Source: Trichodesmium erythraeum IMS101 (GTDB lineage Bacteria; Cyanobacteriota; Cyanobacteriia; Cyanobacteriales; Microcoleaceae). From it: a DNA stretch of 32,000 nt. Both the position numbers and the translations under genes were made by a program. The notes under the pieces are model-generated. The model was not told the DNA's origin, did not search any database, and saw only the letters and a list, made by a program, of their open reading frames with translations. Numbering within the stretch: position 1 is the stretch's first letter; each line of letters opens with the position of its first letter. This document shows positions 17,366-26,873 of the stretch, piece by piece. The stretch is taken from assembly GCF_000014265.1 (NCBI RefSeq), contig NC_008312.1, positions 6,750,001 through 6,782,000 of the forward strand, in the 5' to 3' direction.

Positions 17366-19438
17366 ATGGTGAAACCACAAAACCAGAATTTGCCATCTAT
17401 TATTTATGCTGAAGTTTCTGTACGTTCTCAGAGTGGAGATTCACTTTTGAAAACATCAGAGATAATTACCAGCAAGAATGTAGAGCGGTTTTATTCAGAA
17501 CCTCAGTTAGTTAATGCCACCGCAGAAAAGTTGCGTGCTGAAGGTTTTAATGTTTTCTCTGAGGGACCAATAAGTATTACTATTGCTGCCCCTCCAGAAG
17601 TTTATGAACGGGTTTTTCAGACTAATATTATTACCCAAGAAATTCCCATAATTAAAGGAGGACTTTACCCAACAAAAGCAACATTTTTATCTGTTCCCAA
17701 CGCAGAAATATCAGGGTTAATAGATGCCTCTGGTAGCTCTTTAACTAACTTGATAGAAGGAGTGGCAATTAATGAACCTGTCTATAATACGGCCTCAGTT
17801 ACTCCTCCAAAACCCAACTATTGGCATCTCAATGTACCAGATGATATTTGTCAAGGCATAAATGCTCATCGACTTCATGACCAAGGTATCACAGGAAGTG
17901 GTGTCAAGGTAGTCATGGTTGATACTGGCTGGTATCGTCATCCTTTTTTTGAGTCTCATGGTTATCAAGGTAAGGTGGTGCTGGATGGGGGTGCAGTTAA
18001 CCCAGAATTAGATGAAAATGGTCACGGGACCGGGGAATCAGCTAATCTGTTTGCTATTGCACCAAATGTTGAGTTGACAATGGTTAAGGCTAAGTCAAAA
18101 AAATCTGCATTGGTTAATTCAGTAGGAGCATTTAAAAAAGCGGTTTCCCTAAATCCTGATATTATATCCTGTAGTTGGGGTGATGATCAAAGAGACCCTC
18201 CTCTTTCTGCTTTTGCTAAAGTAATGTCAGCGATAGTTTCAGATGCAGTAAATCGGGGAATTATTGTTGTTTTCTCCGCTGGAAATGGAGGCTGGAGTTT
18301 TCCTGGACAACATCCTGATGTGATTTCTGCTGGCGGTGTTTATATGTCTTCTGATGGCAAGTTGGAAGCTAGTGACTATGCTAGTGGGTTCAGGAGCAGA
18401 ATTTTTCCCCAACGAACTGTGCCTGATGTTTGTGGTTTAGTGGGCAAACTACCACGGGCAACTTATATTATGTTGCCAGTACAGCCGGGGAGTCTGATGG
18501 ATGTTACTCGTGGAGCACGAAATATTGGCTATCCTTATGGAGATGAGACTTTGCCGAAGGATGGTTGGGCTGTGTTTAGTGGTACATCTGCAGCAGCTCC
18601 TCAGTTGGCGGGTATTTGTGCTTTGATGAAGCAGGTATATCCTCAAATTTCACCCCAACAAGCTCGGGATTTTCTGAAAAAAACTGCTCGTGATATTTTT
18701 ACGGGGAAAAGTAGTTTGAGTACGGGAGGAAATCAGGCAAATGCTGGCGTGGATCTGGCAACTGGGTCTGGTTTAGCTGATGCTTTTCAGGCAACAATGA
18801 TGGCAGCTAAGGCTAGCGGCAAGACTATTTTAAATAGCACTCAATTAGCACAGCAACAACCAGAGAAATTTTTAGTTACAAATCAAATTCAAACAAAGGA
18901 GATTATTATGGACTGCAAACTTGGAAAATATTACGAAGAAATTCTTTGGGCTTTAGATAAAGCACTGCAAAATGTAGAAGGAGTTGAGGGTGAGTATCAG
19001 TTGGTTATTAGTCAGGCTAACTTGATTTCTCGCACACCAGCAATGAAGGCAGCATATCGTTTGAGGATGTTGCTAGAGCCAGTGTTATTATTACCAAAGG
19101 ATCCAGAAGATAAGCCCCCAAAGGATAAGGAGGAACATAATAATTTATATCAATGCCTTAAGAGTGGCGTTTCAGCTGCTGAAGGTTTATTGAGTATGAA
19201 GCAATATCAGGAAACTGCGTTAAATGGTCTTGTAAAAATAATTGATTATTTAAATGCTTCATGGTGGGAATTGAAAGATAAATCAGATGTGCAGTCGCGG
19301 GCAATTAAAGCTTTAGGGGAAATTAGTAATACTAATAATATCAATAGTCGATTAATCCCTAAAACTATATTAGATGGAGGAAGATGTTACTGTGAAACGG
19401 ATGAACAAGGAAACTGCTACCCGATATGCGAGGATTGA
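17366..19438 (+). CDS. S8 family (subtilisin-like) serine peptidase, leaderless, with extra C-terminal helical/Cys-tail domain
   Basis: 690-aa ORF with an ATG start. The catalytic motifs are Asp VKVVMVDTGW, His ENGHGTGESA and Ser FSGTSAAAPQLAG, with the oxyanion Asn in FSAGNGG. No N-terminal signal peptide is visible. Residues from about 515 to 690 lie outside the protease fold and end in CYCETDEQGNCYPICED. Confidence 0.92.
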   Translation: MVKPQNQNLPSIIYAEVSVRSQSGDSLLKTSEIITSKNVERFYSEPQLVNATAEKLRAEGFNVFSEGPISITIAAPPEVYERVFQTNIITQEIPIIKGGLYPTKATFLSVPNAEISGLIDASGSSLTNLIEGVAINEPVYNTASVTPPKPNYWHLNVPDDICQGINAHRLHDQGITGSGVKVVMVDTGWYRHPFFESHGYQGKVVLDGGAVNPELDENGHGTGESANLFAIAPNVELTMVKAKSKKSALVNSVGAFKKAVSLNPDIISCSWGDDQRDPPLSAFAKVMSAIVSDAVNRGIIVVFSAGNGGWSFPGQHPDVISAGGVYMSSDGKLEASDYASGFRSRIFPQRTVPDVCGLVGKLPRATYIMLPVQPGSLMDVTRGARNIGYPYGDETLPKDGWAVFSGTSAAAPQLAGICALMKQVYPQISPQQARDFLKKTARDIFTGKSSLSTGGNQANAGVDLATGSGLADAFQATMMAAKASGKTILNSTQLAQQQPEKFLVTNQIQTKEIIMDCKLGKYYEEILWALDKALQNVEGVEGEYQLVISQANLISRTPAMKAAYRLRMLLEPVLLLPKDPEDKPPKDKEEHNNLYQCLKSGVSAAEGLLSMKQYQETALNGLVKIIDYLNASWWELKDKSDVQSRAIKALGEISNTNNINSRLIPKTILDGGRCYCETDEQGNCYPICED
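19238..19257 (+). repeat. inverted repeat arm A (inside S8 gene 3' region)
   Basis: ATAATTGATTATTTAAATGC is identical in 19 of 20 positions to the reverse complement of 19468-19487. Confidence 0.85.
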
Positions 19439-19454
19439 AAACAATAAATTAGCT

Positions 19455-22010
19455 TTAGCTATAGTCCGCATCTAAATAATCAATTATCGAAACAAGTTCC
19501 TCCAAGAAAAAATCAGGTATTTGAACTTTATCTTTTTTAGCTAAACAGCATTCATGCAAAGCTTTTAGAAAGCCTACGCTAGAATTAGGTTGACCTGATA
19601 AAGTATGTACCTGTGTCAAAAAGTCACGCCATAAATTGCCATTATCCTGGTAAGTGTCGACTAGGTAAAGACTTGCAAGATACTCAGCTAAAGGATCGAG
19701 AGAATAACGAATTTCATTTTCCTCTGGTTTAATTGTCTTAATAATACCAAGGCGATATTCCAAATATTTTAACCTGGCTTCTGGCTCATCTCCACCCAGT
19801 TGAGCCAGTTGAGCGATTACAATATCTCGTGTAGCCCTTCCTGGTTGATATTTTTGTCTGATACATTCCCAAGCAACAACTTTAGCATCACGGTGTACAG
19901 ACGGATTATCCAAGTGATTCTCTGCTATATTATTTAGCCCGCTTAAATAATATAGCATAATGTCAGGAATATTACTTGGTAGATCATCTAAAATTTCATT
20001 CGTTTTAACTGCAATCATTTGTTCAGCGTAGAGTTTAGCCAACATAACAGTCATGTGACTATTACCTGCCATTGCTGAAAGCTTGCTACAGCCTTCAAAA
20101 AATTCTTGATTGTCGAATAAATCTCTTTTTCCCCGATGTACTAAGTATGTGTCCATAAAATCGGAAAGTCTATTACCTTCAATAGGCTTTAATTTGATTG
20201 TTGTTTTGTTTACACTTCCTAAGCTTTCGTCACGGCGAGATGTAACAACTAAAGCATTAACAGGAAAATCAGGTAATTCTGGTCGTATCTGATTTCTAGT
20301 GGTTTCGCTCATTTCTGAAAAGCGGTCAACAATAACTAGAAGGCGTCGCTTTCTCAGAAGCTGTTCCAACAATTCTTCAGACAAGGTATCTTCCTCATCA
20401 ACTAAATCTCGTAGGGCACCACGAATTGCTTCAAGAAAAACCTTTTTTCCTTTTTTGACTTCAAAATTCAATTCTTCTTCTAGTAAAATTGGCAACATCT
20501 GGTGTTTACATAAACGTTCTTCTGGAATATTAGACATTGCCCAATGAGCTATCTGACAAGCCAAACTTGTTTTTCCTGAGCCCCCTTCTCCGTAAATAAG
20601 TATGCATTCTTTTTGTTCTGCAAAGTTTCGTTGCAAGTCTTTTCCAGTTAATTGTGAAATAGATTTTTTACCTATATCAACAGGTATTCGAATATGAACT
20701 TTTCGCTGCTCAACAGTAGGCTTCTTTTCAAATTCATGATTAGCTTTGTCAATTTTTAATTTAACCCATTCATCAAGCACCCTAGGATGGTAGTGAATAT
20801 CAAACAAAAATTTTCTTAATGAAATCTTGATTCCTCCCAAAATTTCAGGCAATGGAATATCAGTGTAACGTTGTAAAAAGTTATTAATTCGCAACAACTG
20901 AATCGGATTAATCAAAAATAAAAATGAAATTGATAAAAACCATAGGAATAAAACAAATAACGGAATAGATATTGTCCGGTGAGTAGCTATTAAATTAACA
21001 ATTATTTCAAATGGCAGATTTGGTGTTGTTTTTTTAATAATTGTAAGCGTATTTTTTAAATCAACTTCTAATTGATTTATTTCTTCTATTTTGGAGAATT
21101 TATCTTGATTATCCTGAAAAAACTTTAAAACTGTTTCTAAGCCACTTATAGCATCTTTCCTTTCTTGGGAAATAAGCAATGGTGCTCTGCTAGGAAGTAA
21201 ATTGGCTATTTTTTTTAGAGATTCAAGGGATTTTTTCAGAACTTCTTCATCAGTTTCTTGTAAAAGATTGATCAGAGTTTCTACCGCTAGTTTAACATCT
21301 CTACCACTACTTCCTAGTGAATGAGCTGCTCCTAATCTTACCTGCCAATTATTTGTTTTGTTAGTTAGTTTTTTAAGTTTAACAAGAGTTTTATTTAACC
21401 TTTCTGAACTTTCTATTTTTTCAATAGCAGAGGCAATAGCACTAGTAGCACGAAGACGCACATCATCATCATCATAATTTTCTAAAGTATAAATTACAGC
21501 TTCAACAGTTTCTGGCTCTGTTGGCGAAATTTGCATTAGAGCATGAATGCTATAAAAAACAATAGGCTGATACTGATTTGTTTTTAATTCCTGAATCAAA
21601 GGTTTAACAGCAGCTTTAGCTTCTGAACCAATTTGACCCAAAGTTCTAGCAGCAAACCAACGACTTTTTACATCTTTTTGGTCATCTTGTAGTACCTTAG
21701 TCAAAGGTTGAACAGCTTTTTTAGCTGAAGGGCCTATTTCTCCTAAAACTTTAATAGCAGCTTGACTATCTCTTAATTGACCCCTATTTAATATTATGAT
21801 TAATCCATCAATATCATTAGTTTTCTTGATTTTTTGGATTGCTTCTTTATCGTTGCTAGGGTTATCATCATTTAACTGGTCAATATATGGTTGAATATTA
21901 GGAGCGATCGCCTCTTGTGACCAAGTATTTCTATTCATCAACAAAGACAAAGAAATACCAATTAAAATAGCACACCCCAACCTAGATAAATTTAGCCTGC
22001 GATACCCCAT
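19455..22010 (-). CDS. membrane-spanning HEAT-repeat / NACHT (STAND) NTPase
   Basis: The N-terminus is a charged segment plus a hydrophobic anchor (MGYRRLNLSRLGCAILIGISLSLLM). About 300 aa of HEAT-like repeats follow (AIKVLGEIGPSAKKAVQPL, ARTLGQIGSEAKAAVKPL). A second hydrophobic segment is ISIPLFVLFLWFLSISFLFLI. Then come Walker A YGEGGSGKTS, Walker B RLLVIVDRFSE and the NACHT-typical ALVVTSRR. The track ORF starts at TTG 22031. ATG 22010, with GGAG 9 nt upstream, is preferred. Confidence 0.9.
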   Translation of the reverse strand: MGYRRLNLSRLGCAILIGISLSLLMNRNTWSQEAIAPNIQPYIDQLNDDNPSNDKEAIQKIKKTNDIDGLIIILNRGQLRDSQAAIKVLGEIGPSAKKAVQPLTKVLQDDQKDVKSRWFAARTLGQIGSEAKAAVKPLIQELKTNQYQPIVFYSIHALMQISPTEPETVEAVIYTLENYDDDDVRLRATSAIASAIEKIESSERLNKTLVKLKKLTNKTNNWQVRLGAAHSLGSSGRDVKLAVETLINLLQETDEEVLKKSLESLKKIANLLPSRAPLLISQERKDAISGLETVLKFFQDNQDKFSKIEEINQLEVDLKNTLTIIKKTTPNLPFEIIVNLIATHRTISIPLFVLFLWFLSISFLFLINPIQLLRINNFLQRYTDIPLPEILGGIKISLRKFLFDIHYHPRVLDEWVKLKIDKANHEFEKKPTVEQRKVHIRIPVDIGKKSISQLTGKDLQRNFAEQKECILIYGEGGSGKTSLACQIAHWAMSNIPEERLCKHQMLPILLEEELNFEVKKGKKVFLEAIRGALRDLVDEEDTLSEELLEQLLRKRRLLVIVDRFSEMSETTRNQIRPELPDFPVNALVVTSRRDESLGSVNKTTIKLKPIEGNRLSDFMDTYLVHRGKRDLFDNQEFFEGCSKLSAMAGNSHMTVMLAKLYAEQMIAVKTNEILDDLPSNIPDIMLYYLSGLNNIAENHLDNPSVHRDAKVVAWECIRQKYQPGRATRDIVIAQLAQLGGDEPEARLKYLEYRLGIIKTIKPEENEIRYSLDPLAEYLASLYLVDTYQDNGNLWRDFLTQVHTLSGQPNSSVGFLKALHECCLAKKDKVQIPDFFLEELVSIIDYLDADYS
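19468..19487 (-). repeat. inverted repeat arm B (inside NACHT gene 3' end)
   Basis: The plus strand reads GCATCTAAATAATCAATTAT. Its reverse complement is ATAATTGATTATTTAGATGC. Confidence 0.85.
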
Positions 22011-22329
22011 GATTAAATTCTCCAATTTCAATTAATCCATAATTTTATATAGTCAACAATTTTATGGACATTTATTCTAACTAACTAGCTTTATAAAATT
22101 TTACTCATAATAGCTTAACGACAAAGCTCACTATCGAAATAATATTCTCAGTGAAAATATTAACTTATTTTAGGTAATAAATGCTAAATTATCTAACCCT
22201 AAATCCACATAATCTGAAAACCATGAAACTTCACTTTGTTCTTCAGTCTACTCGGAAAATATTTCTACTATATAAACTCTCGTTATGGGGATTAATCTTA
22301 CCTCTAAAATATTTTCTACTTTTTTTTTC

Positions 22330-22785
22330 GACGCTGAATTAACAATTCCAATATCTTTCTATTATTGATTTTATCACAGTTTTAAATATTTCAATCCTAC
22401 TCCAGTTAGCCGAGCTTTATCTTCACAAACAATTATTGAATCATTATTTTTTTCTAATAATTGAATAAGCTTTTGGCGATAAGAATTGAAACCACTGCTA
22501 ACCCCCTTAACAATATGCTTGATTTAATAACTTTTAGCTATACAGTAAAACTTCATTCTTTCTAATTGGAAATCTAAATTAGATTTATTTGCCCAACTAG
22601 ATACACAAGTATAGATAGATATACCTTGAGAATTTTGCTTGTCAGTGCTGACAATAATTGTAGCGATAAGAAGTTGAGAGGTTTTAATTTCACCTCACTT
22701 CCACATTCTCCAAGCAGTTTGGTCAGATATTCCCAAATTTTTAGCACCATCAGATAGCCTCTCATTGACAGTAAGAATATAACTA
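22330..22785 (-). pseudogene. tnpA: decayed IS607-family serine recombinase (tnpA) gene
   Basis: One minus-strand frame reads LSDGAKNLGISDQTAWRMWK*GEIKTSQLLIATIIVSTDKQNSQGISIYTCVSSWANKSNLDFQLERMKFYCIAKSY*IKHIVKGVSSGFNSYRQKLIQLLEKNNDSIIVCEDKARLTGVGLKYLK. This matches a MerR-like HTH plus a resolvase core (cf. IYARVSS..Q...L.RQ; GSGLN..R..L..LL; IVVEHKDRLTRFG). It has two in-frame stops, the catalytic-region Arg is replaced (YTCVSS), and it has no start codon. Confidence 0.6.
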
Positions 22786-23250
22786 TCTTTGCTCTAACTT
22801 ATATAACTTTAATTTAGAATATATTTATCTATTCTAACTAAAAAGCATGACAATACAAAACCCCTGAGACTAACTCTTCTGAAAAATCAACAATACAGAA
22901 AACTTCTAATTTTTGACTTCATCAACAGCGATCATCTATCCATAACCAAAAATTAACCTGATCATATAAACACTTACATCAAGACACTAATTGTACTGAA
23001 AATATCTCAAATAATTACCAAAAATACACTATGTATAGTGCTAATACCTAAATCCTGCATATCTCAAAATACAGCAGTTCCTATCAATAGCACGGACACT
23101 CTTGCCCTTCTGAATTCAGTCACAACAATAATATAGGGGTAAATAGCCATTCCCTCCTACTTCTGACTTCTCCTATATTTACCCCCTTGTCAAGGATCCC
23201 TAACCGTTGGAAACTTAGAGTATGAGTGTTTTTGGCAGTGAGGTTTAACC

Positions 23251-24537
23251 GTGAAAAACGTACTAAGTATAATTCTAGGCGGTGGCGCAGGTACCCGTTT
23301 ATATCCCTTAACAAAACTACGGGCCAAGCCTGCAGTGCCCCTAGCAGGAAAATATCGTTTAATAGATATTCCTATAAGTAATTGCATAAACTCAGAAATC
23401 CAGAAAATTTATGTTTTGACCCAATTTAACTCAGCTTCTCTAAACCGCCATATCACTCGTACCTATAACTTCTCAGGTTTCAGTGATGGTTTTGTCGAAG
23501 TTCTAGCAGCTCAACAAACTAAAGATAATCCAGAGTGGTTTCAAGGAACAGCAGATGCTGTCCGTAAATATATATGGTTATTCAAAGAGTGGGATATTGA
23601 TTATTATCTAATTCTCTCTGGAGACCATCTCTACCGTATGGACTACCGAGACTTTGTCCAACGCCATATCGACACCAAGGCAGATATCACCCTTTCTGTC
23701 TTGCCTATTGATGAAGCACGGGCCTCCGAGTTTGGCGTCATGAAAATTGATAACTCAGGTCGAATTGTTGAATTTAGTGAAAAACCGAAAGGTAATGCCC
23801 TTAAAGCTATGGCAGTTGATACTTCTATTTTAGGAGTCAGTCCAGAAATAGCTACAAAACAACCTTATATTGCTTCTATGGGAATTTATGTATTTAATAA
23901 AGATGCAATGATCAAACTTATAGAAGATTCAGAGGATACAGATTTTGGTAAGGAAATTTTACCCAAGTCGGCTCAATCTTATAATCTTCAAGCCTACCCA
24001 TTCCAAGGTTACTGGGAAGACATCGGAACCATCAAATCATTTTATGAAGCTAATTTGGCTTTGACTCAACAGCCTCAGCCACCCTTTAGCTTTTATGATG
24101 AACAAGCCCCTATCTATACCCGCTCTCGTTATTTACCTCCGAGCAAACTTTTGGACTGTGAGATTACAGAGTCAATTGTGGGAGAAGGTTGTATTCTTAA
24201 AAAATGTCGGATTGACCATTGTGTCTTAGGAGTGCGATCGCGTATAGAAGCTAATTGTATAATTCAAGATTCTCTGCTAATGGGTTCAGATTTCTATGAA
24301 TCTCCTACAGAACGTCGATATGGCCTAAAAAAAGGTTCTGTACCTTTGGGTATTGGTGCTGAAACGAAAATTCGTGGAGCAATTATTGACAAAAATGCCC
24401 GCATTGGTTGTAATGTCCAAATAATCAATAAGGACAATGTAGAAGAAGCCCAACGTGAGGAGGAAGGGTTTATCATTCGCAGTGGTATTGTTGTTGTTTT
24501 GAAAAATGCTACTATTCCCGATGGTACAGTGATTTAG
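23251..24537 (+). CDS. glgC: glucose-1-phosphate adenylyltransferase
   Basis: 428-aa ORF with a GTG start. The N-terminus [45 protein letters not shown] is the canonical GlgC signature. The C-terminal left-handed beta-helix region is present. Confidence 0.95.
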   Translation: MKNVLSIILGGGAGTRLYPLTKLRAKPAVPLAGKYRLIDIPISNCINSEIQKIYVLTQFNSASLNRHITRTYNFSGFSDGFVEVLAAQQTKDNPEWFQGTADAVRKYIWLFKEWDIDYYLILSGDHLYRMDYRDFVQRHIDTKADITLSVLPIDEARASEFGVMKIDNSGRIVEFSEKPKGNALKAMAVDTSILGVSPEIATKQPYIASMGIYVFNKDAMIKLIEDSEDTDFGKEILPKSAQSYNLQAYPFQGYWEDIGTIKSFYEANLALTQQPQPPFSFYDEQAPIYTRSRYLPPSKLLDCEITESIVGEGCILKKCRIDHCVLGVRSRIEANCIIQDSLLMGSDFYESPTERRYGLKKGSVPLGIGAETKIRGAIIDKNARIGCNVQIINKDNVEEAQREEEGFIIRSGIVVVLKNATIPDGTVI

Positions 24538-24566
24538 TAAATGTTGTTAGTATTAGTAGTTCAGTT

Positions 24567-24597
24567 GATTAGTAGTTATGACTAAATACTACTAATC
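24567..24597 (+). terminator. perfect 10-bp hairpin 30 nt after glgC stop
   Basis: GATTAGTAGT (24567-24576) pairs with ACTACTAATC (24588-24597) around an 11-nt loop. The downstream sequence is AT-rich but has no clean T-run, so the call is tentative. Confidence 0.4.
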
Positions 24598-24619
24598 ACT
24601 AAATACTAATTACTAATTT

Positions 24620-25093
24620 ATGACCAGAATAATTATTTTGATTAGAATACCAGCTAGTGGTAAATCCACTCTAGCCATGAAAATAGTTTCTAGATATTCT
24701 CAGTATCAACTAATTTTTACTAATGCTATCTGTGCTAAATTATTTAGTGACCGAGCAATTCAGGAGCTTTGGTTAAAAGCTTGGCAGCAATAACAGCAAC
24801 AGTCTCACCAAGCTGTCAGCAAAACATCTCTAGCCATATATAATGCTACTAATACAGAATGTCGGGGACTCAAATAACTTATTAATCTTGCTAGAGAAAA
24901 TGGATTTAGCCACATACCTGGTTTATTGCTTGACAAATGATTAAAATTATGCATATAAAAGAATAAATAACGACAGCGCCAAGTATCAGAAGAAGTAATA
25001 ATGAAAATGTAGCGCTAGTTAACAGATACTTCTCCAATTTGTGACAAAGGGTGGGATAAAATTCAACGAATTACTAGGAATTACAAAATCTAA
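24620..25093 (+). pseudogene. decayed AAA-type ATP-binding protein / predicted kinase (AAA_33-like) gene
   Basis: A single frame from ATG 24620 reads MTRIIILIRIPASGKSTLAMK...TNAICAKLFSDRAIQELWLKAWQQ*QQQSHQAVSKTSLAIYNATNTECRGLK*LINLARENGFSHIPGLLLDK*LKLCI*KNK*RQRQVSEEVIMKM*R*LTD...GWDKIQRITR. It has a P-loop kinase layout (degenerate Walker A IPASGKST, then the YDATN-like block IYNATN). It carries about seven in-frame stops and no frameshift. Confidence 0.6.
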
Positions 25094-25859
25094 ATAACAT
25101 TGATTTCTAAATATTTCTCATGATTTCTCATTATTTATTAGGAAAAAAAGATTTCTACTTAGACTAAATTAAACATATCTATTACTAACTGTTTAGTCAT
25201 AAATGATTTCAAATTGGGGAAACAAAAAAGTTGATTACTAATAACTAAAAATTTGGGTACGGCAATTGCTATTAGTCTTTCAGGAAAAACCGAACTTAGC
25301 TAAATGTTAATCTTATGATAAATTTAATAATGAAGGAAATCAACTTTAATATTGACTATAGTGTATTATTTACCAATATCAAAGGATAGTTTTTACCATA
25401 ACATAAAAAGTCTTGAGGGGATAGTAGAGAAAAGTATCGTCAACCTCGATCTGAGGCTTAAAACATACTCATATCTGAGAAAGCATAACTATTAAACCGT
25501 AATAATCGATATTTAACCACTACCTATTTAGGGCGCTGAGGTTAGTACATCCCTAAATTTAAACTTACTCAGAAATTACTTTTCAATTTTAACTGATCCA
25601 TAGGGCTATACATATTACCCAAGTAAACTATTATAATGCTATTAATATAGTATTTACAAATTAGAAAATTTTATTTTTTTTACTACTAAAAACTATCTTA
25701 TTATCTTCCATTTTTTCTAAAAATCACTACAGATATTACCTTAAACATTTAACTTTATGTTCATCTCTCAAATGTCAACTTCAACTCATTACTAAAATAA
25801 AAAAAATCATATATTAACATTAAGTAACTACTCAAAATATAAGATAAGGATGAGAATAA

Positions 25860-26873
25860 ATGGCGAAAACTGATTTTAAAGACTATTACTCAATTCTAGG
25901 CTTAACCAAAAGTGCTAGTGCAGAAGAAATAAAAAAAGCTTACCGGAAGTTAGCTCGTAAGTATCACCCAGATATGAAGCCTGGCGATCGCAAAGCAGAA
26001 GCTCGTTTCAAAGAAGTTAATGAAGCTTATGAAGTTTTATCAGACTCAGAAAAACGCCAAAAATATGATCAATTTGGTCAATACTGGAAACAGGTAGGCT
26101 CTAGTGGTAGTGGATGGCCTGGTGGGAATAGTGGTAGAAATGTAGATTTTAGTGAATTTGACTTTAGTCAGTATGCCTCCTTTGAAGATTTTATCAATGC
26201 TTTATTAGGACGTGGTGGTAACCCTGGTAGTAGTAATAGCGGTAGAAGAAAAAATAATAGCTACAAAACAAATACAAGTTGGCCAGATGGATTTAATAAT
26301 GGGTATTATAATCCTTCTAGTTTTAATAATCCCAATTGGGCAACCTCCCTAAATTTAGAAGCTGAAATTACCCTGACTTTTGCAGAAGCTTTTCGGGGAA
26401 CACAAAAACGTATCGGTAGTGGAGAAGTTTCAATTCCCCCTGGAGTAAAATCAGGAAGTAAGATCAGAGTTAAGGGTAAAGGTAAACTAGACCAATATAC
26501 TCAACAAAAAGGAGATTTGTATTTAAAAGTAGAAATTCAGTCTCATTCTTTCTACCAGTTTGAGGGAGATAATTTACTTTGTGAAGTGCCAATAACTCCC
26601 GATGAAGCCGTATTAGGCACATCTATTAAAGTACCAACTCCTGATGGGATGGTTAATGTTAATATTCCTGCAGGTATTCGTTCTGGTCAGTCTTTGCGGT
26701 TACGGGGTAAAGGATGGCCTAAACCTAAATCAGAGGAACGTACTGACCAATTAGTAAGAATTATTATTACTGCTCCCAAAAATATTAGTTCTTTAGAAAG
26801 AGAATGTTATGAGAAAATAACAGCTAATCGTACATTTGATCCTCGTAGTCATTTAAAAAATGTATCTCTTTAG
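25860..26873 (+). CDS. J-domain co-chaperone, CbpA/DnaJ type II-like (no zinc finger)
   Basis: The J domain is [35 protein letters not shown]-rich linker follows, then the DnaJ C-terminal domains ([34 protein letters not shown]). There are no CxxCxGxG repeats. Confidence 0.9.
   Translation: MAKTDFKDYYSILGLTKSASAEEIKKAYRKLARKYHPDMKPGDRKAEARFKEVNEAYEVLSDSEKRQKYDQFGQYWKQVGSSGSGWPGGNSGRNVDFSEFDFSQYASFEDFINALLGRGGNPGSSNSGRRKNNSYKTNTSWPDGFNNGYYNPSSFNNPNWATSLNLEAEITLTFAEAFRGTQKRIGSGEVSIPPGVKSGSKIRVKGKGKLDQYTQQKGDLYLKVEIQSHSFYQFEGDNLLCEVPITPDEAVLGTSIKVPTPDGMVNVNIPAGIRSGQSLRLRGKGWPKPKSEERTDQLVRIIITAPKNISSLERECYEKITANRTFDPRSHLKNVSL

Noticed and set aside
17366-22031. Calling the S8 + P-loop pair a bona fide IetAS system
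   Set aside because: IetA/IetS are co-oriented operon partners as I recall them. Here the genes are convergent, and the ATPase is a HEAT-TM-NACHT protein. I use it only as an analogy.
22574-22765. Track ORF of 63 aa on the - strand
   Set aside because: It is out of frame with the IS607 recombinase relic that covers the same DNA, so it is a chance ORF in decayed sequence.
23120-23387. Two overlapping - strand ORFs (64 and 65 aa) across the glgC start
   Set aside because: They lie antisense to the glgC 5' end and promoter region, with Arg-rich atypical translations.
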